From positions 29,260 to 93,259 of the forward strand of contig CANJQI010000001.1 of assembly GCA_947476215.1 (NCBI GenBank): DNA of 64,000 nucleotides, read 5' to 3'. The DNA comes from Betaproteobacteria bacterium. Lineage in GTDB: Bacteria; Pseudomonadota; Gammaproteobacteria; Burkholderiales; SG8-41. The translations under genes and the position numbers were made by a program. Numbering within the stretch: the stretch's first letter is position 1; every line of letters starts with the position of its first letter. The notes below the pieces were generated by a model. That model saw nothing but the letters and a program-made list of their open reading frames with translations, was not told where the DNA came from and searched no databases. Positions 9,957 to 18,918 of the stretch are shown here, piece after piece.

Positions 9957-10507
9957 TTCACGATCGACTCCGTGGTGCTCCACCCCCACTGCTTTGCCCA
10001 CCGCCGAGCCAGCCAACCGGCGAAAATGCCTGCGGGCAGGCAAATGACGAATCTGAGCAAAGAGAATTTGGCACCCAGAAACGGGATCTCCCACACGATC
10101 AGGCGCATCACGCCTATGGTGGTCCAGGCTGTCAGATAGGTAATCAGCACACCGATATCCGCCCCCGCTTTTCCCAGCGCATAGACGAGCGGAAAGGAAC
10201 CGAAAGGACCACCCGGTGTCAGCGCTCCAGCGAACTGCGCGATCCATAGCCCGCGCATTCCGGATTTTTCACCGAGCCAGCGCGCGACGATTTCTCTAGG
10301 AACCAGCACCTGCACCAAACCCGCAACCAGCAGCCCACCGCTAATCTGTGGAACCACCTGCAGCATGAAGTCACCCGCATTGATCAGTGCCCGCTCGACG
10401 CCCGCCGTCCCTTTGAGCCATAGAGTCAGGCCGGCACCGAGCAATGCCGCGAGCACGAATGCGATGGTCGTGCGATCGAAGAGAGGCGCTTTTTCATTTT
10501 TCGCCAT
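9953..10507 (-). CDS. permease family protein, first half of a split pair
   Basis: 184-aa multi-TM protein with GALTPGGPFGSFP. Paralogous to the downstream partner and translationally coupled to it. Confidence 0.6.
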   Translation of the reverse strand: MAKNEKAPLFDRTTIAFVLAALLGAGLTLWLKGTAGVERALINAGDFMLQVVPQISGGLLVAGLVQVLVPREIVARWLGEKSGMRGLWIAQFAGALTPGGPFGSFPLVYALGKAGADIGVLITYLTAWTTIGVMRLIVWEIPFLGAKFSLLRFVICLPAGIFAGWLARRWAKQWGWSTTESIVK

Positions 10508-10638
10508 GGGGGGGAAGGGAATTGAGTTTTATCTGTGACGGAGTGAGCTCAGGCGTTTAACTCGTCGCGCGCGCCTGATGGCAAGGCCCGCTATGTTAAA
10601 CTCTTGCCCTACAATTTGCGAATCGAACCGGGCACACC

Positions 10639-11802
10639 ATGTCAGGCAATACTCTCGGCAAACTGTTTTGCGTGACGTCTTTCGGCGAAAGTCACGGCCC
10701 CGCGATAGGTTGCGTGGTCGACGGATGCCCGCCAGGAATGGCGCTGTCCGAGGCCGACATACAGACTGACCTCGATCTTCGCAAACCTGGCACTTCGCGT
10801 CACGTTACGCAGCGCCGCGAAGACGATATCGTGGAGATACTGTCCGGTGTTTTCGAAGGCAGAACCACTGGCACGCCGATCGGGCTACTGATACGCAATG
10901 TTGACGCGCGTAGCAAGGACTACTCCAAGATCATGGACAAGTTCCGCCCGGGCCACGCCGATTATACGTACTGGCAAAAGTACGGACTGCGCGATTATCG
11001 GGGCGGCGGGCGCCAGTCGGCGCGTGAAACCGCGGTGCGCGTGGCTGCCGGTGCGATAGCCAAAAAGTGGCTGCGCGAGAAATATGGCATCGTGGTGCGT
11101 GGTTATTTGTCCCAATTGGGTCCTATCGAAGTGCCATTTGTGAGCTGGGACGCGGTGCACGACAATCCTTTCTTTGTCGCCGACGCCGGCGTTGTGCCGC
11201 AACTAGAGGCTTTCATGGACAAGCTGCGAAAATCCGGTGATTCAGTGGGCGCCAAAATCACCGCCATCGCATCCGGCGTGCCGGTCGGCTGGGGAGAGCC
11301 GGTGTATGACAAGCTCGATGCCGATCTTGCCTACAACATGATGAACATCAACGCCGTCAAAGGCGTCGAGATAGGCGCCGGGTTCGCCGCGGTGGGGCAA
11401 AAAGGCACCGAGCATTCCGACGAAATGACGCCGCGGGGTTTCGCGACCAATAATGCGGGCGGCATACTCGGCGGCATTTCGACCGGTCAGGATGTTGTCG
11501 TTAATGTCGCGATCAAACCGACCTCGAGCATACGGCTGGCGCGCCATACGATCGATAAAGCGGGCAATCCAACCACCATAGAAACGCATGGGCGGCACGA
11601 TCCGTGCGTAGGCATTCGTGCCACGCCGATCTGCGAGGCCATGCTCGCACTGACGCTGATGGACCACGCGTTGCGTCACCGTGCACAGAATGCCGATGTC
11701 GACTGCGCGACGCCCAGGATAGCCGCGCAGGCGCCGCCGGATGTCGTCGAACGCATGCGCCAGGGTTCAGGTAACGAAATTCGGGGGCAAGACCCTGAGT
11801 GA
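10639..11802 (+). CDS. aroC: chorismate synthase
   Basis: [33 protein letters not shown] and full-length AroC-like sequence. Confidence 0.95.
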   Translation: MSGNTLGKLFCVTSFGESHGPAIGCVVDGCPPGMALSEADIQTDLDLRKPGTSRHVTQRREDDIVEILSGVFEGRTTGTPIGLLIRNVDARSKDYSKIMDKFRPGHADYTYWQKYGLRDYRGGGRQSARETAVRVAAGAIAKKWLREKYGIVVRGYLSQLGPIEVPFVSWDAVHDNPFFVADAGVVPQLEAFMDKLRKSGDSVGAKITAIASGVPVGWGEPVYDKLDADLAYNMMNINAVKGVEIGAGFAAVGQKGTEHSDEMTPRGFATNNAGGILGGISTGQDVVVNVAIKPTSSIRLARHTIDKAGNPTTIETHGRHDPCVGIRATPICEAMLALTLMDHALRHRAQNADVDCATPRIAAQAPPDVVERMRQGSGNEIRGQDPE

Positions 11803-11828
11803 CACGGCGCGCCGCGCGCCGTAGCGTC

Positions 11829-12971
11829 ATGCGTGATATACCGTACTGGAGGCTCTCCGGAGTTTACTTTTTCTACTTTGCCTACCTCGGTGCATTCGCG
11901 CCGTACTTCAGTATTTATCTGAGCGAGCTGGGCATGAGCGCGGTGGGTATCGGTACCATCATGGCGCTGCCGCAGCTAGTGCGTATAGTCGCGCCGCACC
12001 TTTGGGGGTGGTTGGCGGATCGCGGCGGAGGCATCCTGCCGATTGCGCGCTTCGGGTTGCTGCTGGGCACTGTCGTCTACTGCGGTTTGTTCGCGGCGCG
12101 CGGATTCGAGGCGTTGTTCGCGGTGGTGCTGACCATGAGTTTTTTTCTGAGTGCGCCGCTGCCGCTGGTCGAGGTTGCCACGTTTACGCACCTCGGAGAA
12201 CAGGCGGCCCGGTACGGACGTATCCGGGTGTGGGGTTCCGTCGGATTTATCGCCGCCGTGCTGATCATCGGCTACATTCTGGATGTTCTGCATGTCAGCG
12301 CCTTGTTATGGATCATGCTCGCGTTTCTGCTGGGAACGCTGGTACTGCTGATGCTCGTTCCGGACCCGCCGCGCACGCGCCACGCGCACAATCCGGTGCC
12401 GATATCCCGCATCATCCGCAGTCCGCAGGTCGTGGCATTGATCGTGGCGTGTGCGCTGATGGCGGTCGCGCATGGGCCGTATTACACGTTTTATTCCATC
12501 TATCTCGTAGACCACGGGTACAGCAAGGGTGCGGTCGGCTGGTTGTGGAGCATAGGCGTCATCTGCGAGATCGCGATATTTTTCTGGATGTCGCATCTAT
12601 TCAACGCTTACACGCTGCGCCAGGTTTTGATCACGAGTTTCGGGCTCGCGACGATACGGTTTCTGATGATTGCGTGGTGCGCGGATAATCTCGTGGTCAT
12701 TTTGCTCGCGCAGGCTCTGCATGCCGCCAGTTTTGGTTCGTTTCATGCCGCCGCGCTCGGTTACATCAATCACCACTTTCGCGACCGCTACCAGGCGCGC
12801 GGCCAGGCGATATATACCAGTCTCACGTTTGGTCTGGGCGGCGCAATAGGCGGTTTTTATGCGGGCTACGGCTGGGAACGACTGGGCCCCGACCTGACTT
12901 TCACGGGCGGTGCGGTGTGCGCGTTGGCGGGCATGCTGATTCTGTGGCGGCATCTGGAGGAGCCGCGCTGA
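11829..12971 (+). CDS. MFS transporter (HcaT/PPP-like subfamily)
   Basis: 12-TM MFS. MRDIPYWRLSGVYFFYFAYLGAF is the typical N-terminus. ORF opens at GTG 11799, overlapping the aroC stop. Confidence 0.75.
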   Translation: MRDIPYWRLSGVYFFYFAYLGAFAPYFSIYLSELGMSAVGIGTIMALPQLVRIVAPHLWGWLADRGGGILPIARFGLLLGTVVYCGLFAARGFEALFAVVLTMSFFLSAPLPLVEVATFTHLGEQAARYGRIRVWGSVGFIAAVLIIGYILDVLHVSALLWIMLAFLLGTLVLLMLVPDPPRTRHAHNPVPISRIIRSPQVVALIVACALMAVAHGPYYTFYSIYLVDHGYSKGAVGWLWSIGVICEIAIFFWMSHLFNAYTLRQVLITSFGLATIRFLMIAWCADNLVVILLAQALHAASFGSFHAAALGYINHHFRDRYQARGQAIYTSLTFGLGGAIGGFYAGYGWERLGPDLTFTGGAVCALAGMLILWRHLEEPR

Positions 12972-13123
12972 TCGGGCGTGCGCCGGTTTGACGCGAGTTG
13001 CAGGGGGGCGGGGGGTAGGCGACTCGTTGCCGGCGGGTGCTATGATTTCGTCCCGGGTCGGACGACCGTGTGACATCATAAGGTATCGTCGAAGTCGACC
13101 GACAGCAAGAGCTCCGAGGAACT

Positions 13124-14096
13124 ATGCGTACAGCGCAGATGATGAGAAGAGCGATGACGGCCGTGTTGGCGATCGTGAGTTCGGACAGTGCGCTCAGCCA
13201 GGACTATCCCAGCAAGTCTGTCCGCATGCTGACCACGGAGGCCGGCGGTACTGCGGATTTTCTGGCGCGCCTGTTGGCGCAGGGACTGTCCGTCAGCCTG
13301 GGGCAGCAGGTTATCGTGGAAAATCAGGGCGGTGGCGGCGGTATCAGCGGCGGACTGACTGTCGCGAAAGCGCAACCCGACGGCCATACCTTGTTATTCT
13401 ATGGCAGCAGTATCTGGCTGTTGCCGTTCCTGAGGAAGGAAGTGCCTTGGGATCCGGTCAAAGATTTCGCCCCCATAACCATGACTAACCGAACGCCCAT
13501 GGTATTGTTGGTGCACGCTTCGGTGCCGGCCGATTCCGTCAGGTCGCTCGTTGCCTTGGCCAAGAGCAGGCCAGGCGCCCTCGACTACGCATCCGGATCG
13601 GTGGGGTCCATTCCACACTTGGCTGCGGAGTTGTTCAAGAACATGGCAGCGGTCAATATCCAGCAAATCAATTACCGTGGCGCGGGACCATCGATGATCG
13701 CGTTGATACGTGGCGAAGTGCAGGTCCTGGGTTTCCAACATGGGTTCTGTTGAGCCACACTTAAAGTCTAGGCGGTTGAAAGCCTTGAGTGTCAGCACGA
13801 TGAAGCCTACGCCATTGGTCCCGGGGATCCCGACGATAGCGGCAGGAGGCTTGCCCGGATTCGAAGTTGAGTCGGCGCAGGCCTTGTTCGCTCCGGTACG
13901 AACGCCGGTGAGCATTATTGACCGATTGAATCAGGAAACGGTGCGCCTGCTCAACAGGCCCGAAGTTAAGGAGAAACTCCTGGGCGCGGGTGTCGAAGGC
14001 GTGGGCAGTACTCCTGAGCAATTTGCCGCAAAAATGAAATCCGACATGCTCAAATGGGGTAAGCTGATTCGGGAAGCTGGCATACGCGCCGAATAG
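13124..14096 (+). pseudogene. Bug/TctC-family tripartite tricarboxylate transporter substrate-binding protein, frameshifted
   Basis: ORFs 13124..13753 and 13710..14096 are the N- and C-halves of one Bug protein: ...RGEVQVL | VSNMGSVEPHLKSRRLKALSVST.... Frame changes at the GGG run 13729-13731, and removing one G restores LVSNMGS. Confidence 0.75.
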
Positions 14097-14193
14097 TGCT
14101 GGAAGACGTCTGGTCAGGTCCTGACATGGTATGAGATAATCCCACGTTTCCAACGGCTTACGCAATTAATTTACTCTCCCGGATATACTCTCA

Positions 14194-15603
14194 ATGGTCG
14201 CGCAAACCCTGTATGACAAGCTTTGGAGCAACCACCTCGTGCATGAGGAGGCGGATGGCACCGCGCTTATCTATATCGACCGCCATCTGGTTCATGAGGT
14301 AACCAGCCCGCAGGCCTATGAAGGATTGAAACTCGCGGGACGTAAGCCGTGGCGCGTCGGGTCCATCGTTGCAACGGTGGATCACAATAATCCGACCAAG
14401 GATTGGGATCTAGGCATACAGGACCCGATTTCGCGCATACAGGTTGAGACGCTGGATGCCAATATCAAGGAATATGGCGCGCTGACTTATTTTCCTTTCC
14501 GCGACGAGCGCATGGGTATAGTGCACGTGATCGGCCCGGAACAGGGTGCAACATTGCCGGGTATGACCGTGGTGTGTGGCGATTCTCACACCAGCACGCA
14601 CGGCGCGTTTGGATGCCTGGCATTTGGCATAGGAACTTCCGAAGTCGAACACGTGATGGCCACGCAGTGCCTGGTCATGAAAAAAGCGCAGTCGATGCGG
14701 ATTGCGGTTGACGGCAACGTAGGCGCGGGCGTTACAGGCAAGGATATTGCGCTGGTGATTATCGGCAAGATAGGAACCGCGGGTGGCACCGGCTGTGCGG
14801 TTGAATTCACCGGCTCGGCAATCCGCGCACTATCCATGGAAGGCCGCATGACCTTGTGCAACATGGCGATCGAAGCCGGTGCGCGAGCCGGCATGGTTGC
14901 GGTCGACGATGTCACCATTGCCTATGTCAAGGATAGGCCGCTCGCGCCCAAGGGACAGCAGTGGGATCAGGCAGTCGCGTACTGGCGCACGCTCAAAAGC
15001 GATGATGGCGCTACGTTCGACAAGATTATTACTCTGGATGCGGCGACGATCAAACCGCAGGTAACTTGGGGTACCTCGCCGCAGATGGTGACCACGATCG
15101 ATGGTTATGTCCCCGATCCTGCCAAGGAGGCGGATCCGGTTAAACGCGAGGGCATAGAACGTGCGCTCAAGTACATGGGACTCGCTCCCAACACGCCTAT
15201 CGCCGGTATCGCGGTAGACAAGGTATTCATAGGATCCTGTACCAATTCGCGTATTGAAGACCTGCGTGCCGCGGCGGTCGTTGCGCGCGGCAGAAAAGTG
15301 GCGGGCAACGTGAGGCTGGCCATGGTGGTTCCCGGTTCAGGGCCTGTCAAAAGGCAAGCGGAAGCGGAAGGTCTGGACAAGGTTTTTATGGCGGCCGGCT
15401 TCGAATGGCGCGAGCCGGGCTGTTCGATGTGTCTGGCGATGAATGACGACAAGCTGGATCCGGGCGAACGTTGCGCTTCGACTTCGAATCGCAATTTTGA
15501 AGGGCGCCAGGGAACTGGCGGACGTACGCATTTGGTGAGTCCCGCTATGGCTGCCGCTGCAGCGATAGCCGGACATTTTGTCGATGTGCGTAGTTTTACA
15601 TGA
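14194..15603 (+). CDS. leuC: 3-isopropylmalate dehydratase large subunit
   Basis: [14 protein letters not shown] and [12 protein letters not shown] Fe-S ligand motifs; 469 aa. Confidence 0.95.
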   Translation: MVAQTLYDKLWSNHLVHEEADGTALIYIDRHLVHEVTSPQAYEGLKLAGRKPWRVGSIVATVDHNNPTKDWDLGIQDPISRIQVETLDANIKEYGALTYFPFRDERMGIVHVIGPEQGATLPGMTVVCGDSHTSTHGAFGCLAFGIGTSEVEHVMATQCLVMKKAQSMRIAVDGNVGAGVTGKDIALVIIGKIGTAGGTGCAVEFTGSAIRALSMEGRMTLCNMAIEAGARAGMVAVDDVTIAYVKDRPLAPKGQQWDQAVAYWRTLKSDDGATFDKIITLDAATIKPQVTWGTSPQMVTTIDGYVPDPAKEADPVKREGIERALKYMGLAPNTPIAGIAVDKVFIGSCTNSRIEDLRAAAVVARGRKVAGNVRLAMVVPGSGPVKRQAEAEGLDKVFMAAGFEWREPGCSMCLAMNDDKLDPGERCASTSNRNFEGRQGTGGRTHLVSPAMAAAAAIAGHFVDVRSFT

Positions 15604-15616
15604 CGAGGAGACGGTG

Positions 15617-15751
15617 ATGAATATGCTGAGACTGCTGGGGTTATTGGTCTGCGCACTGACGTTGTCGGCCTGCAACACGATGGAAGGTATCGGCAAGGAC
15701 GTCAAGAAGGCCGGCGAGAAGATAGAGATAGCCGCGGACAAGGTCAAGTAA
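15617..15751 (+). CDS. entericidin EcnA/B-family small lipoprotein
   Basis: Not in the ORF track (44 aa). My translation is [44 protein letters not shown], with lipobox L-S-A-C. The stop overlaps the leuD start as TAATG. Confidence 0.75.
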   Translation: MNMLRLLGLLVCALTLSACNTMEGIGKDVKKAGEKIEIAADKVK

Positions 15752-16386
15752 TGGATAGATTTGTATCTCGCGAAGGGCTGGTGGCGCCGCTCGACCGTTC
15801 CAACGTCGACACCGACGCCATCATACCCAAGCAGTTTCTGAAATCGATCAAGCGTACGGGCTACGGCCCCAATCTGTTCGACGAGTGGCGTTATCTCAAC
15901 CACGGCGAACCGGGGATGGATAATTCCAAGCGCCCGCTGAATCCGGATTTCGTGCTCAACCAGCCGCGCTATCGGGGTGCGCAGATTTTGCTTGCCCGCG
16001 AGAACTTTGGCTGTGGTTCTTCGCGCGAACATGCGCCATGGGCCTTGCTGCAGTTTGGTTTTCAGGCGGTCATCGCACCGAGTTTTGCGGACATCTTTTT
16101 CAACAACAGTTTTCAGAACGGCTTACTGCTGATTACGCTCGATGCCGCGACGGTTGACCGCTTGTTCAGGGACGCCCAGTCAGCACCTGGGTTCCGACTG
16201 GCGGTCGATCTGGAACAACAAAGCGTGAAGACCCCGAGTGGAGACATACTGAAATTCGACATCGACCCGTTTCGCAAGCATTGCCTGCTCAACGGCCTGG
16301 ATGAGATCGGACTTACGCTGCAGCGTGCCGACAAGATCAGGGCTTACGAAGCCCAGCGACGCGAGCAGCAGCCGTGGCTGTTTTAA
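15751..16386 (+). CDS. leuD: 3-isopropylmalate dehydratase small subunit
   Basis: [14 protein letters not shown] motif; 211 aa; follows leuC. Confidence 0.95.
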   Translation: MDRFVSREGLVAPLDRSNVDTDAIIPKQFLKSIKRTGYGPNLFDEWRYLNHGEPGMDNSKRPLNPDFVLNQPRYRGAQILLARENFGCGSSREHAPWALLQFGFQAVIAPSFADIFFNNSFQNGLLLITLDAATVDRLFRDAQSAPGFRLAVDLEQQSVKTPSGDILKFDIDPFRKHCLLNGLDEIGLTLQRADKIRAYEAQRREQQPWLF

Positions 16387-16433
16387 GGGCAGGATGTGGA
16401 GTCGAGGATTGAGGGTAGCCCGAAGTCACCATG

Positions 16434-16475
16434 CCGATTCTCCTCACTCCTGACTCTTCACTCCTGATTCCTAAT
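16434..16475 (+). repeat. 7-nt periodic G-poor tract (6 units) immediately upstream of leuB
   Basis: ccgattc tcctcac tcctgac tcttcac tcctgat tcctaat, ending 14 nt before the leuB ATG. An inverted purine-rich copy, ggatgtg gagtcga ggattga gggtagc, lies at 16392-16419. Confidence 0.8.
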
Positions 16476-16489
16476 TTCCGAGAAAAAAC

Positions 16490-17566
16490 ATGAAAATCGC
16501 AATATTAGCGGGCGACGGCATAGGCCCGGAGATCATCGCGCAGGCCGTCCAGGTGCTCGAACTGCTGAATGCCGACGGACTCAAGCTCGAACTCGAAGAT
16601 GCGGCGTATGGTGGCGCAGGATACGACGCGCATGGAGATCCCCTGCCGGAGGCAACGCTTAGGCTCGCTCGCGCCGCCGATGCGGTGCTATGCGGCGCGG
16701 TAGGCGGACCACAATACGATGCGTTGCCACGCGAAAAACGCCCGGAACAGGGTTTGTTGCGGATACGTAAAGAACTTGGATTGTTTGCAAACCTGCGTCC
16801 GGCGCTGTTGTTCGAGGAACTCGCCAGCGCATCGTCTCTCAAACCGGAACTGGTGGCCGGACTCGATATTCTGATCTTGCGCGAACTGACCGGGGACATT
16901 TATTTCGGCGAACCGCGCGGGCGGCGGACCAATGCAAGGGGGGAGCGCGAGAGCTTCGATACCATGCTGTACTCGGAGTCCGAAATCCGTCGCATTGCCG
17001 AGGTCGCCTTTAAGGCAGCCGTGAAGCGCCGCAAGAAATTGTGTTCGGTCGACAAGGAGAACGTGCTCGAGACCAGCCGGCTATGGCGCGAGGTGGTCAA
17101 GGATGTCGCGAAAAACTATCCGCAGGTCGAGTTGTCGCACATGTATGTCGACAATGCCGCCATGCAGCTGGTGCGTATGCCGAAACAGTTTGATGTTATT
17201 GTTACCGGCAACATATTTGGTGATATTCTGTCTGACGAAGCATCGATGTTGACCGGCTCTATCGGCATGTTGCCGTCGGCTTCCCTGGATTCGAACAATA
17301 AGGGACTGTACGAACCGGCACACGGTTCCGCGCCAGATATCGCCGGTAAAGACATTGCGAATCCGCTGGCGACGATATTGTCCGTTGCCATGATGCTGCG
17401 CTATACGTTAAACCTTGAGCAAGCAGCAGTGCGCATCGAAACCGCTGTAAAGAAAGTCCTTGCGGAGGGCTATCGTACCGCCGACATCTATCAGCCGCAC
17501 ATGCGCCGGGTTGGTACGCGAGAAATGGGCGCGGCCGTGTTAAACGCACTAAAGCACGGATTATAA
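16490..17566 (+). CDS. leuB: 3-isopropylmalate dehydrogenase
   Basis: [26 protein letters not shown] motif; 358 aa. Confidence 0.95.
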   Translation: MKIAILAGDGIGPEIIAQAVQVLELLNADGLKLELEDAAYGGAGYDAHGDPLPEATLRLARAADAVLCGAVGGPQYDALPREKRPEQGLLRIRKELGLFANLRPALLFEELASASSLKPELVAGLDILILRELTGDIYFGEPRGRRTNARGERESFDTMLYSESEIRRIAEVAFKAAVKRRKKLCSVDKENVLETSRLWREVVKDVAKNYPQVELSHMYVDNAAMQLVRMPKQFDVIVTGNIFGDILSDEASMLTGSIGMLPSASLDSNNKGLYEPAHGSAPDIAGKDIANPLATILSVAMMLRYTLNLEQAAVRIETAVKKVLAEGYRTADIYQPHMRRVGTREMGAAVLNALKHGL

Positions 17567-17596
17567 ACAATAAGTTAAGATTGTTGAGAAATTGGA

Positions 17597-18724
17597 ATGA
17601 TGCACGTCGGTTTTGTCGGATGGCGGGGGATGGTTGGCTCGGTGCTGATGCAGCGCATGCAGGCCGAACGGGATTTTGATTTTATCGACCCCCATTTCTT
17701 TACCACCTCAAATGTCGGGGGTAAGGCACCCGCCATAGGCAAGGACGTTGCGCCGTTAAAGGATGCGCGCGACGTGGCTGCGCTCAAGACCATGGACATC
17801 ATCGTCACCTGTCAAGGCAGCGACTATACGTCCGAGATTTATCCGAAACTGCGCTCGGCAGGTTGGAGCGGTTACTGGATAGACGCGGCCAAGACGCTGC
17901 GCATGCAGGACGATGCGGTAATCATACTCGACCCGGTCAATGCGCCGGTTATCAGAAACGCGCTGGCAAAAGGCATACGGAATTATATCGGCGGCAACTG
18001 CACAGTGAGTTGCATGTTGATGGGGATGCACGGGCTTTTTCAGCACGATCTTGTTGAATGGATGACCTGCATGACCTACCAGGCTGCATCGGGCGGAGGT
18101 GCGCAGCATATGCGCGAGTTGCTCATGCAGTTCGGGCAGCTAAACGCCGAAGTTGCTGCGCTGCTTGCGGATCCAGCGTCGGCGATTCTTGAAATCGACC
18201 GTAGAGTGCATGCAAAGCAGACTGATGGCAGCCTGCCGATGGAAAACTTTGGCGGCGTGCCACTGGCCGGCAACCTGATTCCGTGGATAGACAAGGATAT
18301 GGGCAGCGGCATGTCACTCGAAGAATGGAAGGGCGGCGCGGAGACCAATAAAATACTGGGACGTGGAAAACTTTTCGATCGTCCTGAAACGCCGATAGAC
18401 AGCCTTTGCGTGCGCGTTGGAGCGATGCGTTGTCATAGTCAGGCGTTGACCATCAAGCTCAAGAAGGATGTACCTCTGGACGAAGTTTTGAGCATCCTCG
18501 CCGCGGCTAACCAGTGGGTGCGGGTGATTCCAAACGAGCGAGAGCGGTCCATGCGAGAATTGACGCCGGCGGCGGTGACCGGGCGTCTGGAGATACCTGT
18601 CGGCCGCCTGCGCAAATTAGCGATGGGCGGGCAGTATTTGTCGGGTTTTACGGTCGGCGATCAACTGCTATGGGGGGCTGCTGAACCATTGCGCCGAATG
18701 CTACGTATGCTTGCCGACCAATAA
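17597..18724 (+). CDS. asd: aspartate-semialdehyde dehydrogenase
   Basis: [16 protein letters not shown](P) fold and active-site IGGNCTVS; 375 aa. Confidence 0.95.
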   Translation: MMHVGFVGWRGMVGSVLMQRMQAERDFDFIDPHFFTTSNVGGKAPAIGKDVAPLKDARDVAALKTMDIIVTCQGSDYTSEIYPKLRSAGWSGYWIDAAKTLRMQDDAVIILDPVNAPVIRNALAKGIRNYIGGNCTVSCMLMGMHGLFQHDLVEWMTCMTYQAASGGGAQHMRELLMQFGQLNAEVAALLADPASAILEIDRRVHAKQTDGSLPMENFGGVPLAGNLIPWIDKDMGSGMSLEEWKGGAETNKILGRGKLFDRPETPIDSLCVRVGAMRCHSQALTIKLKKDVPLDEVLSILAAANQWVRVIPNERERSMRELTPAAVTGRLEIPVGRLRKLAMGGQYLSGFTVGDQLLWGAAEPLRRMLRMLADQ

Positions 18725-18918
18725 ATTTTGGCAATTCCGGCATTATTTTGGTTGATTTAGACCTGAAGTCGAGTGGTTTTCGGTGCCTGTCTGTTGCTGA
18801 ACATGGGACTAAATGACAGGAAGATGTCGAAATCGTCTGGTTATAGTAAGGGTTAGCTTGCAACCCTAACTATTTGATGTTAATTTACAAATCCCCGAAA
18901 ATAAAAAAAGGGTGAGCG

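Noticed and set aside
14097-14193. Possible leucine leader peptide or attenuator upstream of leuC
   Set aside because: No short ORF with consecutive Leu codons and no terminator/antiterminator pair is visible. Only a TACTCTC direct repeat is present.
15337-16032. 231-aa minus-strand ORF spanning the leuC/leuD junction
   Set aside because: It overlaps three well-supported plus-strand genes (leuC, the entericidin-like gene, leuD) and shows no family resemblance.
18725-18918. Possible sRNA or tRNA in the 194-bp asd-fimV spacer
   Set aside because: Only short 6-bp hairpins are present, with no cloverleaf, no terminator with a U-tract and no conserved RNA motif I recognise.
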